This document shows, piece by piece, positions 58,922-64,000 of a stretch of DNA of 64,000 nucleotides (its first letter is position 1; each line of letters begins with the position of its first letter). Source of the stretch: Gloeobacterales cyanobacterium (lineage in GTDB: Bacteria; Cyanobacteriota; Cyanobacteriia; Gloeobacterales; PMM-0068); contig JBBRSB010000002.1 in NCBI GenBank assembly GCA_038245785.1, forward strand, positions 128,001 to 192,000, given 5' to 3'. A model generated the notes under the pieces. The model saw only the letters and a list, made by a program, of their open reading frames with translations, was not told the DNA's origin and did not search any database. The translations under genes and the position numbers were made by a program.

Positions 58922-59093
58922 CGAAAAATGCTTAAGGATCCCTTGCATTGTACCTATGAGTGGCGCGTCGAGTGGCGCGAACTGCTAGGAGTCTACTTTC
59001 TTAGCTTCATCCTTTTGGAAGATTACAACGCTGCTTCATCTGTAAGAAATTGAAAAAGAGCAGAGAATGGAAAATGCAGGGAGCCGAAAATAA

Positions 59094-59927
59094 ATGTTAA
59101 TTCAAGTTGGCTATGAGTTGATATTGGGGGTGCCGTCGCCTACTCCTACGCTCCTAAAACTCTATCTACACCTATCCTATGGGCCAAAGGTAGAATATTG
59201 CGCACAGCTACGTACTGAGCCAGAAACTCCTATTGAAGAATTTACAGATAGTTTCGGTAATCGGGTGGGCCGTCTTGTTTTGCCAGCTGGTCAGGTAAGG
59301 CTATGGCATGAGGCCATAGTCGAGGATAGCGGTCAGCCAGACATTGTTGATTGGAGTGCTCAGCGTCATCCTGTGCAGGATCTACCCGTAGAAGTGCTTC
59401 CTTATCTACTAGCGAGTCGTTATTGCGAAGTCGACCGCCTTTCAGAAATCGCCTGGAATCTTTTTGGCCAGATTCCTGCAGGCTGGGCGCAGGTGCAAGC
59501 GGTTTGTGATTGGGTCCATAACAATATTAAGTTTGGTTATGAGTATGCCCGTCCGACCAAAACAGCCTATGACGTTTACCTCGAACGCACTGGGGTTTGC
59601 CGCGATTTTATGCATTTGGCGGTCACCTTTTGTCGCTGCTTGAATATCCCAGCACGCTGTGTGGGTGGCTATCTCGGTGATATTGGTATCCCCCCGCAGC
59701 CCTTTCCTATGGATTTCAGTGGCTGGTTCGAAGTCTATCTGAGCCACCAGTGGTACACCTTCGATGCCCGACACAATACCCCTCGGATTGGACGCATTGT
59801 CATGGCACGAGGCCGTGATGCGGTAGATATCGCATTCACTACCTCCTTCGGTCAATTTAACTTGGAAAAGTTCACCGTTTGGACCAACGAAATTTCTGAA
59901 GTTCAAAGTGCTTTAGCTGTTGGCTAA
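59094..59927 (+). CDS. Transglutaminase-like family protein
   Basis: SRYCE, GVCRDFMHLA, IPAR..GYL, WFEVY and FDARHN motifs. Confidence 0.9.
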   Translation: MLIQVGYELILGVPSPTPTLLKLYLHLSYGPKVEYCAQLRTEPETPIEEFTDSFGNRVGRLVLPAGQVRLWHEAIVEDSGQPDIVDWSAQRHPVQDLPVEVLPYLLASRYCEVDRLSEIAWNLFGQIPAGWAQVQAVCDWVHNNIKFGYEYARPTKTAYDVYLERTGVCRDFMHLAVTFCRCLNIPARCVGGYLGDIGIPPQPFPMDFSGWFEVYLSHQWYTFDARHNTPRIGRIVMARGRDAVDIAFTTSFGQFNLEKFTVWTNEISEVQSALAVG

Positions 59928-60892
59928 GGCATGGTTGCAGATGGAGCTTTTGAAGCACTGGACAAACTATTTAAACCCGATAATATACGGATGTCTTCAT
60001 CTTCTGAGGGCGCATTTTGAGCCCCTCCATAAGCATTCAATCTTGTAAGTAGTTTTTCATCAGCTTCGTGCTCCTCGGCGACAACGGGTGGATTATAGGA
60101 CGTGTTATGGAGAGCAGGCTGCTGGCTCAGTTTAGCTAGCGGGAGAAGTGGATTTGAGGGAAGCGGCGGAACGGATGGAATGGAAGAAACAGATCTAGGG
60201 CTAAACGTTTTAGGATTGAACAAGGGTAGAGCCATCAAGTTTCTTTTTGGCTCTGGCTTCGGTCCTCTATTTATAGGAACCTCTACCATCAATGGAGCAG
60301 GCGCAGTCAGAATCCTCACCACTTTTATAGACCGAGGAATCATCGGAAGTGTCGGTATCGGTTGCGTTAATGGAGCTTGAGGCGGAATACGGGTAGGATT
60401 TGTGGCAATCTCTTTGCTCTTCTGCAGAGATTCAGAACGTTTAATAAGATCAATTTTTGGAGCCGAAGACTTTTCTGCAATAGTCTGTTGAGTGGAATTA
60501 GATTTATTGATAGTTTCTTGTGCTGTTTCCTCCCGAATGACTTCACGCACAATGATCGATTTTGGTTGCAGACTGTAACCGAGTAAGGTTCCCGTTATAC
60601 CGATGGAAAAGGCTCCAAGCATGAAGGCGGGGGAATACTGCTTTTGCCAGAATTGCATCCCAGGCTTTACTAAATTAACTTCGGAGGTAGGAGGCTTGTA
60701 CAGCGTAATGGCACCCTCCTTGGACAAAGAAATATAAGCTTCAGAAACTTGTCTAAAGTGCTGTTCAGCTTCAGGAGAATGATTCACTTGGGCATGATAT
60801 TCACTTACTATCAGTAAGTAGGATTCTTTAATTTCTTCTTTGCTAGCCTGGGGAGCTATCCCTAACAGTTTATATAAATTCTCAGAAGACAT
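59924..60892 (-). CDS. DnaJ-like domain protein with TM helix and Pro-rich tail
   Basis: NLYKLLGIAPQASKEEIKESY...YHAQ...F..VSEAY. Start ATG 60892. Confidence 0.75.
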   Translation of the reverse strand: MSSENLYKLLGIAPQASKEEIKESYLLIVSEYHAQVNHSPEAEQHFRQVSEAYISLSKEGAITLYKPPTSEVNLVKPGMQFWQKQYSPAFMLGAFSIGITGTLLGYSLQPKSIIVREVIREETAQETINKSNSTQQTIAEKSSAPKIDLIKRSESLQKSKEIATNPTRIPPQAPLTQPIPTLPMIPRSIKVVRILTAPAPLMVEVPINRGPKPEPKRNLMALPLFNPKTFSPRSVSSIPSVPPLPSNPLLPLAKLSQQPALHNTSYNPPVVAEEHEADEKLLTRLNAYGGAQNAPSEDEDIRILSGLNSLSSASKAPSATMP

Positions 60893-60943
60893 AGCTATAA
60901 CTCCACACCTATCAAGCCTAGGTAGCCAGGTGAAACTAAATAG

Positions 60944-60993
60944 AAGACCCCCCGTAGTCCCCCTTGGCAAGGGGGACGGCGATAGCCGGGGGT
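60944..60993. repeat. Dispersed palindromic repeat
   Basis: aagaccccccgtagtcccccttggcaagggggac...ccggggg, the inverted relative of 56901-56935. Confidence 0.75.
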
Positions 60994-61095
60994 GATGTTC
61001 ACTTTAATCAAGCCCACCTACTTATTCGCTATTTTTGTATTGCTTAATTTTACCTCTTTAAATTTTTGGAATATAAAGTTTTCGTTTATTTTGCT

Positions 61096-61812
61096 TTAGC
61101 CAGCAGAGGTGAGCACACGGCACACCTGACCCTGTGGTTTTGATAGAGACCAAGAAGTACTGGTCGCAGGAATATCAAGAACTAACTGTTCAAAATCCCA
61201 AGGACCAAAGTGATAAATATTGGTAAATTCTGTATGTTCAGCACAGAGAACAGGATGGGTTAAAGACAGTTTCTGCGGTTCAAGGATCCAATGTTCTCTA
61301 TAAACTAAGTTGTCTTCCACAGCAATTTCAATCAGATTAGAAAAGTATTGAAACTGCCACTTTTCCTTCATGGCGATCCGGCCAGCAGACCAAATATCCT
61401 GGTATTGCAGGAGACTTCCCTTCGCCAGCGCAATATTAACTTTTTGGATAAAGTGAGCTCCAGTAGCCAAGATAATCGAGTGGGGTAGAAAGATTAGTTT
61501 CCCCCCTTCATCAACTTGGATCTTGAGCGTTTGCTGAGATTTTCCTGGGTAGATCAAGGTTGATGCTTGAGTTCGTAATTCTAGGGTGCTGTTACGACCT
61601 ACGTGCACCTCCAAATCATGAATGTCACCTGCTAAGAGACCGGCTGAAGGGGTGCGGATATACACGGTTGGATAGTTGTTATCCTCTAAATAAAGGGGGC
61701 GATGAAGTTGGAGTGGAGCTTGGCCGTACTGATGGATAACGACAGAAATTCCATCTCGGTTAGCTACGCTTAGTTTGGCAATTCCCAGATTAGGCATGAG
61801 ATAAGTCTTCAA
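61096..61812 (-). CDS. ureD: Urease accessory protein UreD
   Basis: [26 protein letters not shown] and AGRIAMKE.W motifs. Confidence 0.88.
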   Translation of the reverse strand: MKTYLMPNLGIAKLSVANRDGISVVIHQYGQAPLQLHRPLYLEDNNYPTVYIRTPSAGLLAGDIHDLEVHVGRNSTLELRTQASTLIYPGKSQQTLKIQVDEGGKLIFLPHSIILATGAHFIQKVNIALAKGSLLQYQDIWSAGRIAMKEKWQFQYFSNLIEIAVEDNLVYREHWILEPQKLSLTHPVLCAEHTEFTNIYHFGPWDFEQLVLDIPATSTSWSLSKPQGQVCRVLTSAG

Positions 61813-62413
61813 AGAGCACCTGTTTGCACAACCAGTCCACTACCAAATCCAAACCGATGCCATGTTTGAGGTCCGTGAAGATAAAGGGCCGCTCTTGACG
61901 CATCCGTTTTGAATCTCGCTCCATAATGCCCAAATCAGCACCAACATAGGGTGCCAAATCAATCTTATTGATCACCAACAAATCAGAACGTGTAATCGCT
62001 GGGCCTCCTTTGCGCGGAATCTTATCTCCTTGAGCTACATCGATCACGTAGATAAAACTGTCTACCAATTCAGGACTAAAGGTTGCCGCTAGATTATCTC
62101 CACCGGATTCTAAAAACATCAGATCTGGCTTGAATTTTTGTTCTAGAACTTCCAACGCATCCATATTCAAGGAAGCATCCTCCCGAATCGCCGTATGGGG
62201 ACATCCTCCTGTTTCCACTCCGATAATCCGTTCTGCCGGTAATACCCCACTCCGAATTAAGAAGTCAGCATCTTCTTTGGTGTAGATGTCATTGGTGACC
62301 ACGGCAATAGAGTAACGAGGGGATAGCTCCTTACACAAAGCTTCTAAAAGTGCTGTTTTGCCAGAGCCCACCGGACCGCCGATACCAACTCTGAGACTAC
62401 TTTTGGGATTCAT
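61790..62413 (-). CDS. ureG: Urease accessory GTPase UreG
   Basis: [24 protein letters not shown] and NKID motifs. Start likely ATG 62413. Confidence 0.96.
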   Translation of the reverse strand: MNPKSSLRVGIGGPVGSGKTALLEALCKELSPRYSIAVVTNDIYTKEDADFLIRSGVLPAERIIGVETGGCPHTAIREDASLNMDALEVLEQKFKPDLMFLESGGDNLAATFSPELVDSFIYVIDVAQGDKIPRKGGPAITRSDLLVINKIDLAPYVGADLGIMERDSKRMRQERPFIFTDLKHGIGLDLVVDWLCKQVLFEDLSHA

Positions 62414-62507
62414 GAGGTGAGGGGGAAAGAATGGGGGCACTTCATTGTAAATGTTCACATGCGTACAAGCGCTAAAACTCCTAACCAGTGGGACTTAGCG
62501 TTATTCC

Positions 62508-62523
62508 TGTAGTCATTAATACA
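62508..62523. promoter_or_regulatory. NtcA binding site between divergent ureG and urtA
   Basis: tGTA-gtcattaa-TACa. TATCTC, an imperfect -10 element, lies 22 nt downstream toward urtA. Confidence 0.75.
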
Positions 62524-62661
62524 AATCGCGCACTAGCGTTCTGGTATCTCCTTACGACAGTAAGTGTTTGTACAGTTTTGCATACGTGCAGTTAGTCAGC
62601 TATCTGAACCAACTTCACCTACGCAATCAATCAACAGAATCAAGCAGAAGAGGAGTAAACG

Positions 62662-63939
62662 TTGGAACGTAGAACATTGCTAAAGTATGCTCTTGCAGCG
62701 GGTGCTGGGACCGTTGTTGGACCTCAGATCCTTATCCGAGGAAGTCAGCCTGCCTATGCGCAAGGGTCTACTATTCGGGTAGGTATTCTCCATTCTTTGA
62801 GTGGGACGATGGCAATCAGTGAAGTGTCCCTAAAAGATGTGGAACTGATGGCTATTGAAGAAATTAATAAAGCAGGAGGAGTGCTGGGCAAGAAGATTGA
62901 ACCTGTGATTGAAGATGGTGCCTCTGACTGGCCAAACTTTGCCGAAAAAGCAAAAAAACTGATTGAAAAAGATAAAGTGTCTACCGTTTTTGGTTGCTGG
63001 ACTTCAGCAAGTCGTAAAGCGGTATTGCCTGTATTTGAAAAGCTAGACCACCAACTTTGGTATCCCGTTCAGTACGAAGGACTGGAGTGTTCAAAGAATA
63101 TTTTCTACACCGGAGCTGCTCCTAACCAACAGATTGAACCTGCCGTCACTTGGCTCTTGAAAAACAAGGGCAAGAAAATGTATCTGCTCGGTTCAGACTA
63201 CGTTTTCCCTCGCACGGCCAATGCGATCATCAAGGCCCAACTTAAAAAAGAAGGAGGCACCCTAGTCGGAGAAGAATACACTCCTCTGGGAGCCACTGAG
63301 TACAACACGATCATTGCCAAAATCAAGAAAGCGAAGCCGGATAGTATTTTCAGCACCCTGAATGGAGACAGCAACGTCGCCTTCTATAAGCAGATGAAAG
63401 ACGCTGGCATCTCCGCTAAAGAGATTCCAGTTATGGCGGTGAGTGTAGCCGAAGATGAACTACGGGGAATTGGCGGTAAAACAGCAGAAGGCCACTATGC
63501 CGCGTGGAATTATTTCCAGAGTGTAGATACGCCTGCGAACAAGGAATTCGTCAAGAAGTTCAAAGCCAAGTATGGCAAAGACCGCGTAACCGATGACCCG
63601 ATTGAAGCAGCCTACATTGCCGTCTACCTCTGGAAACAAGCGGTGGAGAAGGCAAAAACAGTAGATATCGCTAAGGTGCGTAATGCTGCCTATGGCATGA
63701 CTTTTGACGCTCCAGAAGGCAAAGTGACCGTAGACACCAACAACCACATTTATAAGACCGTCCGGATTGGCGAGATCTTGCCGACGGGACAGTTCAAGGT
63801 AGTCTATGCAACACCGAAACCCGTTGAGCCTGAGCCTTGGACGCCCTTGATTCAGACTCCTTTTAGTGGCTGTGATTGGACGAAGGGAGGCAACATCAAG
63901 CGTGCTTCTCTAGACAGCCATCCACTTGCTTTGCGCTAA
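62662..63939 (+). CDS. urtA: Urea ABC transporter substrate-binding protein
   Basis: Tat-like [38 protein letters not shown] and [11 protein letters not shown] motifs. Confidence 0.95.
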   Translation: MERRTLLKYALAAGAGTVVGPQILIRGSQPAYAQGSTIRVGILHSLSGTMAISEVSLKDVELMAIEEINKAGGVLGKKIEPVIEDGASDWPNFAEKAKKLIEKDKVSTVFGCWTSASRKAVLPVFEKLDHQLWYPVQYEGLECSKNIFYTGAAPNQQIEPAVTWLLKNKGKKMYLLGSDYVFPRTANAIIKAQLKKEGGTLVGEEYTPLGATEYNTIIAKIKKAKPDSIFSTLNGDSNVAFYKQMKDAGISAKEIPVMAVSVAEDELRGIGGKTAEGHYAAWNYFQSVDTPANKEFVKKFKAKYGKDRVTDDPIEAAYIAVYLWKQAVEKAKTVDIAKVRNAAYGMTFDAPEGKVTVDTNNHIYKTVRIGEILPTGQFKVVYATPKPVEPEPWTPLIQTPFSGCDWTKGGNIKRASLDSHPLALR

Positions 63940-63946
63940 AGTTCTC

Positions 63947-63972
63947 AGCCGCAGCTTTTTTAAGCTGCGGTT
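63947..63972 (+). terminator. Stem-loop after urtA
   Basis: CCGCAGCTT (63949-63957) pairs with AAGCTGCGG (63962-63970). Confidence 0.55.
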
Positions 63973-64000
63973 ACTAATTTGACAGTTTGAGATGGCAATT

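Overview
A gene-dense 64 kb chromosomal segment from a cyanobacterium. Markers include an allophycocyanin beta-type gene, a flavodiiron flv3/flv1 pair, urtA with an NtcA box, DUF1995 and DUF2949. The lone 161-aa ApcB paralog and the apparent scarcity of HIP1 sites suggest the thylakoid-less Gloeobacterales (inference). Housekeeping genes include truB, tRNA-Leu(CAG), a TolC-family gene, purL-purF, hemW, rsmG, dxr, ureG-ureD, a wzm/wzt-gmd-GT4 polysaccharide cluster and comM. The best candidate for an undescribed system is at 21.5-26.6 kb. There, an mntA-mntB-type Mn ABC importer has no substrate-binding gene nearby. It is coupled to one CYP38/TLP40-like cyclophilin and divergent from a second, with a ManR-like direct-repeat box between them. 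Other highlights are an Rpn nuclease followed by an orphan C-terminal (RpnS-like) cassette sharing an 80-bp repeat, a decayed toxin-antitoxin strip with chimeric antitoxins (GNAT-DUF1902, DUF2188-DUF2281), a PrsW protease with a long fused tail, and a nuclease/membrane protein/GTPase trio. All family names come from motif recognition by eye; no searches were run.
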